From: a virus
IMG/VR virus record: IMGVR_UViG_3300009181_000066
Coordinates: 6,276-70,275 of that record
DNA length: 64,000 bases
Direction: 5' to 3' (one strand)
Position numbers and translations under genes: made by a program. This document shows, one piece after another, positions 41,201-50,820 of the stretch (the first letter of the stretch is position 1; every line of letters begins with the position of its first letter). The notes below the pieces were generated by a model. The model had not been told where the DNA came from. It did not search any database and saw nothing but the letters and a program-made list of their open reading frames with translations.

Positions 41201-43229
41201 ACTTGGATCGGGACCTAAAGTAAGTGGGGAATATTATCTTAATATTCCGATACAATCTAATTCAGGTTCGGGAACTTGGTATAATGATAAAAAAACACCT
41301 GAACCGCACAATTTACCTTATAGTACGTCGAAGTTGTATCATAGACCATTTAATTTTCAAGTTGATGGTACACAATTTAGTTCAGTAACTTCAACATCTA
41401 TTAGATATTATTCTTCATTAGATAAGTCAATACCCGCAGGATATGCACCTAATGGGGGTAATAATATTGGATTCTACACGAATGGGGGTATAATAAATGA
41501 TAACGGTAACTCAAACCAAAAAATAAGATTCTATTCTTCATCATATCAGGGAATAGTTGAGGGAGGGGCTTTGATGGCTAGTACCCAACCAACACCAACA
41601 ACAATTAATGCTCTTAGTAATTATAATGGTAGAATATATAGTCCGGCGTATCATATAACTACTGGGTCGTTAAGCTTTACAATACCTTCAGGTGCAAACC
41701 CTAAATTAGTTTTAAGATCAGATAGGTTACCAACATCTGATAAAACGCAATCATATGGGTCTATGTCTATGTTATTACATCAAAATGATAATTTTGCAAT
41801 ATATACTTATAATGAAGGTGCGGGGATGTCATCATTTGCCATGCAACTTACGGATACATCTAATAACGCAAAAGATTTTGGAGGAGATGTTTCTGGACAA
41901 ACAAGTAGCGTACTTTCAACATTTGATTGTGAGGGTATGGTTCCGTTAAAATGTTATAGAAGTGTTCCGGCAACCAATAGTTTTGTGGTTGATCCTTTAT
42001 GTGGAGATAACCAAGACCCTACTAGAGTAAAATCTGGTTGTTATTTGTTTATACAAAAACCATATATTAAAGGAATACTTAAAGATTATGAAAATTTTGC
42101 AGAATGGAAGGCTAGGTTTAGAATGATGTATGGTGCATGTCAAGGAGTATTTTCACACGTTTTTCAAAACAACTGGATTAATGGGTCATTATATATGTTC
42201 TCATTTAAAAAACAAACAATTTTCTCAAAAAGTGGTGAACCTAAAAAATATAAATATTGTGGCACATATGAAAGTGGTTATAGACCAGGACAGGGACCTA
42301 TTTTTTATACTTCAGGAAGTACAAACTCATTCTTTTATCGTTCAACACCTTATAATGGCACAGAGTTTGTCGGTCAAAAACCTTTAGAGTCGTCATATTT
42401 AAATTCTCAACCCGTACCTGTTGATTTTGGAGGAACTAATGATGAAAATATATTGTTCCCAACCACTATTATGGATTTAGGACCTAGAGATGAGTTTACA
42501 AAAGAAATATGTTTTAACCCTCAATTTGAAGGATATTTAGTAGATACTGTAAGATCTACCTCATATAATGATACGTCTGATCTTTTACAGCTATTTATTG
42601 TTTCTCGTTTAATAAATACCAACTTTTTAAGTCAAATTGTTGGTTATGGTGATGCATCTATAAATAGATTATTTTCTAGAACTGAAGATAGAATGGATGG
42701 TGATGTGGTACAAATGTTTAGTATTAATTCTGAGTATGGTGTGAATGGTTTCAGTGAAGATGAATATGATGGTGTTGGTGATATTTATATTGCAACAACA
42801 GGTCCGGCGACTATGGGTGTTTTCTTTTCATCAACAACAGCAAATAGACAATTATTATCACCTGGAAAAACAAGTTATACGACGTTTGGTTATCCTAAAA
42901 CACAAGTTGTTCCTATGTATAAATGGGAAAGTAAAACTCAAAATACTATTTTTGGTAGTGATAAAAATGATTGGTATACACAAGGTCCTTTTTATAAACA
43001 ACCATACCAATCTATGGATTTTACGCAAACAGATTATTTTAAACCAGGAAATGGAGAAAAATTAGGATACATTTATAGTAGAGATTCTTTATTGAATATT
43101 ACCACAGGATGGCCAAATGGTCAAAATACGAGATATGTGGTTGGTGCTCCTTATCATTTTTATTTTGGATTAAAAAAAGGACAAAGTGCGGTAAATAGGT
43201 ACATAACTAAATATATTTTTAATCAGTAG
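38250..43229 (+). CDS. Large baseplate-region protein with N-terminal beta-sandwich (carboxypeptidase-regulatory-like) and a central hydrophobic block
   Basis: GRVVANGGFGIPNANVSIF...TNDSGDFMI.GVP.G; about three transmembrane-like segments near aa 495-590, followed by CEACACE. Confidence 0.55.
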   Translation: MSKSYRLRTKPGIDQNIRININQDFDFLEILSLKLRQEDVYTRFCADYGVVAGRVVANGGFGIPNANVSIFVPLSDIDENDPVISTLYPYKFLDQKNEDGYRYNLLPYVSEYNGHTPTGTFPSREDVLTRKEVLELYEKYYKYTVKTNDSGDFMIVGVPLGNQKIVIDLDLSNMGCFSLRPADLVRMGRGVSEQFDGQRFKSSSDLGSLPQLFNTAKDIDVTSFWGEEDICTVGITRVDFDLRDYNIDIKPQATFMGSIFSTSDEDYLKTNCKPKKDSGNLCDLVAGPGRILAIRQTKDYDIDGRPVLEQYNLENGGNVIDENGAWLVEVPMNLDYVVTNEFGDQVLSNDPSVGIPTKGKYRFRIQYQNEDGLNNDILRADYLVPNVKEWGWTGINPPVGSTEQLKSYAFSLDWNDYGDTTTANGIQMINEAIKCEDRFYEFNYNKVYTIANFFDRWKWGYNRSRHLGIKEITDRSCSTTNNRFPVNDGVRDFDFNFFLFNLMVTIFTPVFLVLVPVLHVLAKLWPVVKFAIAIALPIYIGIVVLSWGLSAGASALTPWVAAVYLLVAALTGAFLTWYIIKVAPFFLKFNFKGLTLPMISYPDCEACACEIPDLGMDEVETTGFGGSGTNLGIKIGKYEINSRTSGSILSDTNSNLFWDGIPNTNLCNIDDSDNQVLEGGYPTYFCYIDPDSYGGSTNKQNNKYQADSYGIRYGIAGYPTPPEIGMPVVTKFSNKKYIPNTDITYSQSLNLANLRVRYFDSSAPNRIKTTINATNPPVFDNVLILMVDPNTYSTIPAGTLLSFTNPNSVIDTNLTGATNENQFGSNAVTGTSFTSLTSTNITYIDPVTLNPQSVNVFISGNTTEKEYKFKTGIEYFQVVTGMTMYDADLITSGIKISTNPDPATHYDTTSLLRKYILNKLQNITYEDNSNVGDSGDIRTELINPLTVNGDSWQNQELIFLVRGVDPFSDKQNIEYDLSLIFGYGLGSGPKVSGEYYLNIPIQSNSGSGTWYNDKKTPEPHNLPYSTSKLYHRPFNFQVDGTQFSSVTSTSIRYYSSLDKSIPAGYAPNGGNNIGFYTNGGIINDNGNSNQKIRFYSSSYQGIVEGGALMASTQPTPTTINALSNYNGRIYSPAYHITTGSLSFTIPSGANPKLVLRSDRLPTSDKTQSYGSMSMLLHQNDNFAIYTYNEGAGMSSFAMQLTDTSNNAKDFGGDVSGQTSSVLSTFDCEGMVPLKCYRSVPATNSFVVDPLCGDNQDPTRVKSGCYLFIQKPYIKGILKDYENFAEWKARFRMMYGACQGVFSHVFQNNWINGSLYMFSFKKQTIFSKSGEPKKYKYCGTYESGYRPGQGPIFYTSGSTNSFFYRSTPYNGTEFVGQKPLESSYLNSQPVPVDFGGTNDENILFPTTIMDLGPRDEFTKEICFNPQFEGYLVDTVRSTSYNDTSDLLQLFIVSRLINTNFLSQIVGYGDASINRLFSRTEDRMDGDVVQMFSINSEYGVNGFSEDEYDGVGDIYIATTGPATMGVFFSSTTANRQLLSPGKTSYTTFGYPKTQVVPMYKWESKTQNTIFGSDKNDWYTQGPFYKQPYQSMDFTQTDYFKPGNGEKLGYIYSRDSLLNITTGWPNGQNTRYVVGAPYHFYFGLKKGQSAVNRYITKYIFNQ

Positions 43230-43231
43230 TA

Positions 43232-44947
43232 ATGAGTCAAGAAAGTGAAATAAGAATTGTTTTAGGATCAAAAAGAAATGCTGTCACATCAAATAAAGAT
43301 GTGCAAATTCAAGTACCTTTATTTGGTGATAGAAATTCATATACTGAAAATGATAGAAATATTCTTATAAATTTACAAGAAAGATTTAATGAAGAAAGAC
43401 AAAAAAGTGATACTTTTAGACTATCAGGTAAAATTATAAACATATTTGATAATACGTTAAGTGGAAAAACTGATTACGTCCCGTTTAAAAATAACTTGTA
43501 TTATTTAAACCCTGAAGAATCTATAACAACAAATGTTTGGAAAGGTTATCCACAGTATAGTGAGTTTACTTTTGGTAGAACAGAAGGGATTCAAGGTCAT
43601 ATACCATTTGTGGCAAAAAGTGCAAACACATATAATTGGACTGTTTACGCGTCGTACGCGTATTCTAGTAGTACTGCTCAAACAATGTCATATACAGATG
43701 AAATTAGAGGAGTGACTATAAATAATTTTTTATGCTCTGATGGTATTCCTTTTGTGATGAAAAAAGGTAAATACAATGGTAAAAATGTAGTATATGTTTA
43801 TTGTGGTGCTAATCATAATTTAAATGAGGGTGAATGGGTTGAGTTGTCAACACCTATAAATGGTAAAAAAGTATTTAAAGTACTTGGGTTAGGTGACGGA
43901 TCTTATGAGTCTGAAGAAAAAGTTTTTTACTTTTTTAATTTAAAGTTTTTAAATACTGAAGTGTTTGATGGAAAAAATGGGACACTTAAAAGAGTGATTA
44001 ATATACAAAATAGTGGGGAAACAAAATCTAGATATTATGTTAGATTACATAAAATTTTAACAAACGTTAACGATGTAAACATTAAAAAAATTGCATTTGA
44101 AAACAACCCATTCGGAGTAAAAAAGAAATTAGAATATTCGGGATTAACCCCAAATCAGATACAAAGAGTTTCAATCAAAGAGGATTCTCAATCCTTTTCT
44201 TTTAGTTTTGATAAAGATATACATATTAATACATTAGTTGACAATAATGGAAAACCAGTTACTGAACTATTTGTGACCGTATTAAACAAAGGTTATATGG
44301 GTTGGTTCAATAATCCTGGCATTCATCAAACGGCAATTGACATTGGGTGGGGATTTAATTTTTTAAAAAATAGTATAGATAATTGGTGGAACAGAACATC
44401 GGTGGTTAATAAAGATAATAGTATTTTAAATGGTAATTACCAGTATAATGGTGAAACTTTTTATTATAATAAAGATTTAAAAATAGGTAATGTTATTAAA
44501 GGCGATTTTTGTGAATATAACGATATTGAACAAAAAGAATATGTAATATCAAAACTATATCATAAATATTCGTTTAATCGACAGTTATTTTTAGATAATT
44601 CAACAAGGGCATTACCTGCGGGATATTGTTACATACCTCATCATTCTATACCGGTAAGAGTTTTTAGTGATTATATAGAAAGTTTTTCACAAGGTAATTC
44701 TTCTGGGTTACCTATTGTCGGATTACCAAATTATGCGTGGTATTCAGAATATGAAAATAATTGGTTTTGGAGAGATATATATGATTATGGTTTTGTGGAT
44801 CCTGAAAACAGAGGACTTGATATACCATTTACCAATGGTGCTCATTACCCGTTTAAATTAATAACTTTTTTACAAACACCAATAAAACGAACAACATACG
44901 TTGAAACCACACAAATAAACGGAGCTATTTTTGACAATTGTGAGTAG
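43232..44947 (+). CDS. Putative baseplate/structural protein
   Basis: Long ORF tightly packed in the baseplate operon; no specific motif. Confidence 0.5.
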   Translation: MSQESEIRIVLGSKRNAVTSNKDVQIQVPLFGDRNSYTENDRNILINLQERFNEERQKSDTFRLSGKIINIFDNTLSGKTDYVPFKNNLYYLNPEESITTNVWKGYPQYSEFTFGRTEGIQGHIPFVAKSANTYNWTVYASYAYSSSTAQTMSYTDEIRGVTINNFLCSDGIPFVMKKGKYNGKNVVYVYCGANHNLNEGEWVELSTPINGKKVFKVLGLGDGSYESEEKVFYFFNLKFLNTEVFDGKNGTLKRVINIQNSGETKSRYYVRLHKILTNVNDVNIKKIAFENNPFGVKKKLEYSGLTPNQIQRVSIKEDSQSFSFSFDKDIHINTLVDNNGKPVTELFVTVLNKGYMGWFNNPGIHQTAIDIGWGFNFLKNSIDNWWNRTSVVNKDNSILNGNYQYNGETFYYNKDLKIGNVIKGDFCEYNDIEQKEYVISKLYHKYSFNRQLFLDNSTRALPAGYCYIPHHSIPVRVFSDYIESFSQGNSSGLPIVGLPNYAWYSEYENNWFWRDIYDYGFVDPENRGLDIPFTNGAHYPFKLITFLQTPIKRTTYVETTQINGAIFDNCE

Positions 44948-45776
44948 TAATTATTATAGATATAAAATTGACATAATACCGACCGATGGGTATATTGATA
45001 TACCTGTGCAAATAACATTTGATAATTTAGGTAGGGATGATGGATTAAAACAATATGAAGAAAATGTAATAGAGGAAGTTATCAATCCCATTTCTGATTT
45101 TGAAACCACAAGTTTTGCACATGCTACGTGGGGATCGGCAAACGAAACGAGTATAAATTATGAGTTTTATTTTTATAATGGAGGTGACCCATCAACAGTT
45201 ACCGCAACAACGGATAGTTCAAGTTGGGTTGTGGATTATGAGGCTGCGGATTTTACAGATTCTGAAATATATTATTTTGCGAATTCTTTTAAAGGTAGTT
45301 TTTTTAAACTTGATTTCTATGATACAAAGGACACGGCAAATCAAAAAATATTTTTTAGTGTTATCTTACCAACACAACAAGGTGTGATGGAGGATGGATT
45401 TATAGGGCCAACAGTAAACCAAACACCTGTAAAGGTTAAAAGACCAAAATACATTTTAGATTATGTGGGTGCCGATAAAGAGGGGTTTTTTATTTATTGG
45501 TTAAAAAATCAATCATATGTTGACCAAACGGAATATTATGTTAGTGCAAAATTTTTTAATGCAAAAACAGGACAATTTGTTAGGTTGATGAATAAGTCAC
45601 AAGGTAATATATTGGAAAAATTTAATTTTAACAAATCAAGGTTATTTTATTATAAGTGTATTTTAGATTACAATACCTATGAATATAAATTTTATAAAGA
45701 AAATAATTTAGGAGGACTAACAAGAGTAGGTACAACGTTAAGTCCGATAAAGTGGTATGAATATGTTAACCCGTAA
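44931..45776 (+). CDS. Putative structural protein (true start may be GTG at 44940)
   Basis: In-frame GTG at 44940 lies just upstream of the previous gene's TAG; TAATG junction with the next gene. Confidence 0.5.
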   Translation: MTIVSSNYYRYKIDIIPTDGYIDIPVQITFDNLGRDDGLKQYEENVIEEVINPISDFETTSFAHATWGSANETSINYEFYFYNGGDPSTVTATTDSSSWVVDYEAADFTDSEIYYFANSFKGSFFKLDFYDTKDTANQKIFFSVILPTQQGVMEDGFIGPTVNQTPVKVKRPKYILDYVGADKEGFFIYWLKNQSYVDQTEYYVSAKFFNAKTGQFVRLMNKSQGNILEKFNFNKSRLFYYKCILDYNTYEYKFYKENNLGGLTRVGTTLSPIKWYEYVNP

Positions 45777-46906
45777 TGGATGCAATAAAATATTCCATAG
45801 TTATATCTCCTGAAAATGTCTCGGAAGATATAAGATTTTACCCATATAGTGGTTCCTACTATACTGAGTCTTGCGGAATCCCGACAGAAGAAAATAAAAC
45901 TTACAATTTTGGGTTATATTCTGATTTTACAAGTGTTTTAAGTGGAGGTACTAATGGTACGTCATTATTAACTGGGTTAACTGTTCCTATACTTTTTACA
46001 CAATCTATTAATGATTTAGGTTATTATTCAGAATTTGATGGATTTATTTTACAAAAAAATGTTGTAACTAATTTTTTATACTCTGGAGATGTTACAAACA
46101 TTTATGAAGTTACTTTATACAATACATCCGGAAGTCAATATATGTCATTTTTAAAGTTATCTTCATATCAAGTAGATTGGGGAGATGGATCTCAACCGGA
46201 TAATTTAACGTTTACAAATCAGACTGCGACCCATTTATACCCTAATGTACCGTCAGGGTATACAATTAGCTTAAAACAAACAAATCCCTGGGGAACCACT
46301 ACCATAAGTAAAAAAATATCATTACCAAACACCGGTGTAACTGTTAATAATTTAAATGGTGAGATATTTTTTACTCCACAAGGGGGTAGTTGGTCCGGAA
46401 TCCCATTAAGTTATGAATATATCTATAGTGGTGATTCGGGTTATGAAATGTCACAATACGTTAGTGAAGAATATACAACAGTACCGTTTGTTATATCTGG
46501 ATATACCACTTCCAAATTGTCAGATTTAAGAAGATATGGGCCGAACCCATACACCATAGGGTATATTCAGTATATTAAAGGAAGACCATTAGGTCAAGTA
46601 ACTGAAATGACACCTGATTATACCGCATATACTATAAATGATGTCAATTATTATGATTTAACAGATGGTAGAACATTTTATATTGCCGAATCATCGGGAA
46701 TAACATATAACGATTTTACATTTTCAGCGCTTACTAAAGATGAATATTTATTAGATTTTGTTATGGCTCCTGAAATACAGTCTGGGGTTTATATTGAAAG
46801 AGGAAAGTATTCGGGATTTGAACCGCTACAAAGATTAGGTGAGGTTGATAATTTTGGTGATCTTAAAAGGTATGGTTATGGATATTTTAAAATTAATACC
46901 ACATAA
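45776..46906 (+). CDS. Structural protein with PKD-like domain
   Basis: YQVDWGDGS...THLY....YTISL. Confidence 0.55.
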   Translation: MDAIKYSIVISPENVSEDIRFYPYSGSYYTESCGIPTEENKTYNFGLYSDFTSVLSGGTNGTSLLTGLTVPILFTQSINDLGYYSEFDGFILQKNVVTNFLYSGDVTNIYEVTLYNTSGSQYMSFLKLSSYQVDWGDGSQPDNLTFTNQTATHLYPNVPSGYTISLKQTNPWGTTTISKKISLPNTGVTVNNLNGEIFFTPQGGSWSGIPLSYEYIYSGDSGYEMSQYVSEEYTTVPFVISGYTTSKLSDLRRYGPNPYTIGYIQYIKGRPLGQVTEMTPDYTAYTINDVNYYDLTDGRTFYIAESSGITYNDFTFSALTKDEYLLDFVMAPEIQSGVYIERGKYSGFEPLQRLGEVDNFGDLKRYGYGYFKINTT

Positions 46907-46939
46907 AAAATATAGATAAACTATTTATAAAATAAAATT

Positions 46940-47848
46940 ATGGCATTAGGAACTTACGGAATAAATAGACCTGCTGACGTATCACCTGAGGATGTTGAAA
47001 TACTTTTACATTACACAGCTTCAAGGGATGTTACAAACAACTTTGTTTTAAAAAAATTAAACGCTTCAAATATTTTAACACCGTATTTTCATAATGGTGA
47101 AACCGGAGGTAATGCAAATGTTGAAATTTTAGGCGGTCTTTATAATTTAAAATTACCAGCATCTGAATTCACTAGTTTAGGGATTTATACTCTATATATA
47201 AGACCTGCCGAAATAAGAACTACAATATTGGATTGTGGGGTGTTATCATCAATACCGAATGTTAAAGGAATTGTTATAGACATAAATCAAGTACCCTCTC
47301 AATATAGAAATAAGTTTGTAAATCAAGGACTTGTTGGTTTTAGAGTTGAATATTTAAATTCTGATGGAACAAAAATCCCTAATTTTTATAGAATTGTAAC
47401 ATCATCTTTCTTTTGTGAACCTGTAGTTTCTAATCAAACAAACACATCACAAAAAGCGATTAGATATAGATACGTGAATGGAAGTACCGATTTAATATTT
47501 TGTACATTATCACCTTCTTCTTCACCTACAAATAAACCTGATGTGATACCTTTTATTGGCCAACCAAATCAGAGTATTATTGTGACTAATACTTTTTTTA
47601 ACCCAATAACTATAGATATTCAGATGGCTGAACACGATATTGATACTTTAGCAATTGCCCTTTATGGTAATCAAACTAAAAGTGTTGATGATGGTATCTA
47701 CACTCTTTATGATAGTGCTGGTAATATCTATAAACAATATAACTTGTTTGAAATTAGAGATAACTTTAATGAGTTATTATATGAAGTTAGACAAGACAGA
47801 GGAACTAATATAGACTTCAGTAAAAACTTCACAAACATTATTAGTTAA
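46940..47848 (+). CDS. Putative baseplate structural protein
   Basis: TATTTAT upstream; TAATG coupling to the next gene. Confidence 0.5.
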   Translation: MALGTYGINRPADVSPEDVEILLHYTASRDVTNNFVLKKLNASNILTPYFHNGETGGNANVEILGGLYNLKLPASEFTSLGIYTLYIRPAEIRTTILDCGVLSSIPNVKGIVIDINQVPSQYRNKFVNQGLVGFRVEYLNSDGTKIPNFYRIVTSSFFCEPVVSNQTNTSQKAIRYRYVNGSTDLIFCTLSPSSSPTNKPDVIPFIGQPNQSIIVTNTFFNPITIDIQMAEHDIDTLAIALYGNQTKSVDDGIYTLYDSAGNIYKQYNLFEIRDNFNELLYEVRQDRGTNIDFSKNFTNIIS

Positions 47849-50820
47849 TGGCAAAGAAAAAATATTTTTATCCACCTGTACCACCCTCAGGATCTCAGAC
47901 ATTTTCTAACGAATTAGTCGGGTTACAACTCGTGCAAGGAGGTGGACTTACTATGGGTAATTTTGAATTTACAAGTGCTATATTTGAAAAAAGTGATAGG
48001 AAGTTTGATACGGGGGTTTTTTCTCAACCATACAATCTATCAAATTTAAACATTGCTAGTATTGAACAAAGTAAGTTATTAGTTCAAAAAAATTTCCAAG
48101 TATATCCTAATTTTGATATTTCACAAATAACTAGTTTTTCATTATATGGGTCTTTACAAAAAAGATTAGAAACGTCAATAACTAAAGTTATTAATTATTT
48201 TCCTGCATCTATTTTGGTTAGAAAAAATATAGGAACAGGGTATAGTGCGTTAACGGCAAATAATATTCAATATAGTAATATTGACAATGAAACCACATTT
48301 ACAATAAACGTTAAATATTTAACAAACCCATTTGATATTGATTATACTGTAAACGCATCTCAAAACATACGATTTAGTCCAATTAAATTAAGTGAATATA
48401 GGGATTTAACATCTAATTATAAAAAATATGCATTATACGTTGAAAGTCCTAACAATCAAGAGTATAAAATTATTTATTTTGAACCGTCGGCGACATTTAG
48501 TGAGGGGAATTTAACATTTATTGTTGAAGGGAATCCATTTTCAGGACAAACGGCATTTACTGAAACATTAATTATAAAACCAAATAATGAAAATACTGAA
48601 AAAATTTTTAATGAAAGTTTTGATGAGGTAGAGGATTTTATTTTAAATAGACAGGTGTTTCCTAAATACACCGCAACGTTTCAATATCCTGATTATGATG
48701 TTGACGGAACATATTCATTAAATGTAAAAAGTGTGACTTGGCCGTTAGGGGATGAATGGAATTTAGATATACAGTCAGTGTCATTTGAGAATTATTTAAC
48801 GGAAATACAAAACATTGCGGTACTACTTGATAGGTATAAAACCAATCTAATATCTAGGTTTTTAACTACCGGGTCTTTAAAAGATTTTGACACTCCTGAA
48901 CAAAAAATGGAAAAGGTGTTACAAATTTATGGTAGAAGTTTTGATGAGACCAAAAAATTTATAGATTCATTGGCTTATATGAATTCTGTTAATTATATTG
49001 TAGGTAATGATATACCCTCACAATTATTAATAAATTTAGCACAAACAATCGGATTTAATAGTAACGTTTCACCAATTACGAATGATCAGTTTTTAGGTAC
49101 CGTGTTTTCAACGGAAAATACTTCTGATTATGAAGGGATGTCAAAACCTATGACACCTACTGAGTTAAACTACCAGTTTTATAGGAATTTAATATTAAAT
49201 GCCGCTTATCTATTTAAATCTAAAGGTACCCGAAGATCAATTGAATTTATATTAAGAATGGTTGGAGCCCCCGACGCATTAATTGAATTTAATGAAAATA
49301 TTTATTTGGCCGATGGTACTATAAATTTTGATGATTTTAAAGATCAATATATTTGTATATCGGGAAGTACGTTATTAGTTGAAAATACAGTATTAGATCC
49401 TACGGTGACTTTTAGTATACAGGGGACAATGTATACCGGTTTTACGGTTTCAAATACTGTTCAGACAGTGACCGCAACCTTTGATGATTTTCCGATATAT
49501 GAAAGTGGATACCCAAAAACGGTTAAAGATAAACCGGATTACTTTTTCCAAAAAGGTGCTGGATGGTTTGAACAAACACCTGAGCATACGTCAGAAGAAG
49601 TTATTGATAATGAAAATTCAGTATTTAGTGGAAATACCGTTTCTTTGGTTACTAAATTTAAACCTTTTACGTATGGTCAAGATTGGCTTGATAGATTTAG
49701 AAAGTTTCCATTTATGACAAACGTTGGTTACAATTTAGTTAGAACGGTGGATAACACAAAATCTTGGCCAACTAACCAAGTGGGTCTTAGAAAAAACGGT
49801 TCAGTAACTGCTCCAACATATTATAGAATTGAAGATGATAGATTAGCGATTAATGTTAAAAACATTGATCTTTATTTAAATATGGGTCAGGGAATTACTT
49901 ATGACGTTTGGGAACAATCCGTATTGTATAACTACCCAATACCAAGTACAGGGTTAACTGCTCCATATCCGAGTCCTGGTGATACTGATTGGACTGTCAT
50001 AAACCCTAAACCCGATCAAAAAACGTTTTTTGAATTTGCTCAAACATTTTATAATAATTTAATTAACGTTAGAAACAGACAATACATAAGTGACGGTAAA
50101 ACAGGAGGGTATCCTGCATTACAATCAATTTTTTGGAAGTACATTCAAAGTGAACAAGCTATGAATATACCATCAAATAAATTTACTTATCAAAAAATGA
50201 TTGATTTTACATTAGCACTTGGTGATTATTGGGTGAGACTTGTAGAACAATTTGTTCCTGCCACTACTATTTGGAATACGGGTCAAAAAATGGATAATAG
50301 TGTTTTCCATAGACAAAAGTTTGTTTGGAGAAGACAAAGGGGGTGTAGTTTTGTCCCTGTTAATTGTATTCCTTGTACGTTTAATGGTCAACCATTTGGT
50401 TATGATTGTATTGATCAAACGTTAATCTGTAGTTTAGATATTGGACAGAATTATGGAGCCACTACGTTAAGTGAAGCGTTAAATAATTTGATTAGTGAAC
50501 AAGGATATATTCAAAATCAGTGTGACTTAAACGGAATGAAAAGTTATTGGTATATTGATGTAAGACTTGATGATGTAACTCTAATTCAAGAACAATTTTA
50601 TACTGGTTATGGGAGTGTGGACTATCCAACACAGTCAACTATTTTTAATTCAATAAACGAAAAACTTGAAGGTTTATATGTTTATGGGTTAAACTATTAT
50701 TTTGCGGGTAGCTCATTAGTCATTAGTAATAGTAGTTGTTACGATGATTTTACAAATAAAAAACTGTATTTAAATATTGGGATTATGATTGATATAAACT
50801 GTAATAATGACGGAGAATAA
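47848..50820 (+). CDS. Baseplate wedge protein (P2 gpI / T4 gp7-like core)
   Basis: LL..LA...G, YLFKSKGTRRSIEFIL..VG, RLVEQFVPATT. Confidence 0.7.
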   Translation: MAKKKYFYPPVPPSGSQTFSNELVGLQLVQGGGLTMGNFEFTSAIFEKSDRKFDTGVFSQPYNLSNLNIASIEQSKLLVQKNFQVYPNFDISQITSFSLYGSLQKRLETSITKVINYFPASILVRKNIGTGYSALTANNIQYSNIDNETTFTINVKYLTNPFDIDYTVNASQNIRFSPIKLSEYRDLTSNYKKYALYVESPNNQEYKIIYFEPSATFSEGNLTFIVEGNPFSGQTAFTETLIIKPNNENTEKIFNESFDEVEDFILNRQVFPKYTATFQYPDYDVDGTYSLNVKSVTWPLGDEWNLDIQSVSFENYLTEIQNIAVLLDRYKTNLISRFLTTGSLKDFDTPEQKMEKVLQIYGRSFDETKKFIDSLAYMNSVNYIVGNDIPSQLLINLAQTIGFNSNVSPITNDQFLGTVFSTENTSDYEGMSKPMTPTELNYQFYRNLILNAAYLFKSKGTRRSIEFILRMVGAPDALIEFNENIYLADGTINFDDFKDQYICISGSTLLVENTVLDPTVTFSIQGTMYTGFTVSNTVQTVTATFDDFPIYESGYPKTVKDKPDYFFQKGAGWFEQTPEHTSEEVIDNENSVFSGNTVSLVTKFKPFTYGQDWLDRFRKFPFMTNVGYNLVRTVDNTKSWPTNQVGLRKNGSVTAPTYYRIEDDRLAINVKNIDLYLNMGQGITYDVWEQSVLYNYPIPSTGLTAPYPSPGDTDWTVINPKPDQKTFFEFAQTFYNNLINVRNRQYISDGKTGGYPALQSIFWKYIQSEQAMNIPSNKFTYQKMIDFTLALGDYWVRLVEQFVPATTIWNTGQKMDNSVFHRQKFVWRRQRGCSFVPVNCIPCTFNGQPFGYDCIDQTLICSLDIGQNYGATTLSEALNNLISEQGYIQNQCDLNGMKSYWYIDVRLDDVTLIQEQFYTGYGSVDYPTQSTIFNSINEKLEGLYVYGLNYYFAGSSLVISNSSCYDDFTNKKLYLNIGIMIDINCNNDGE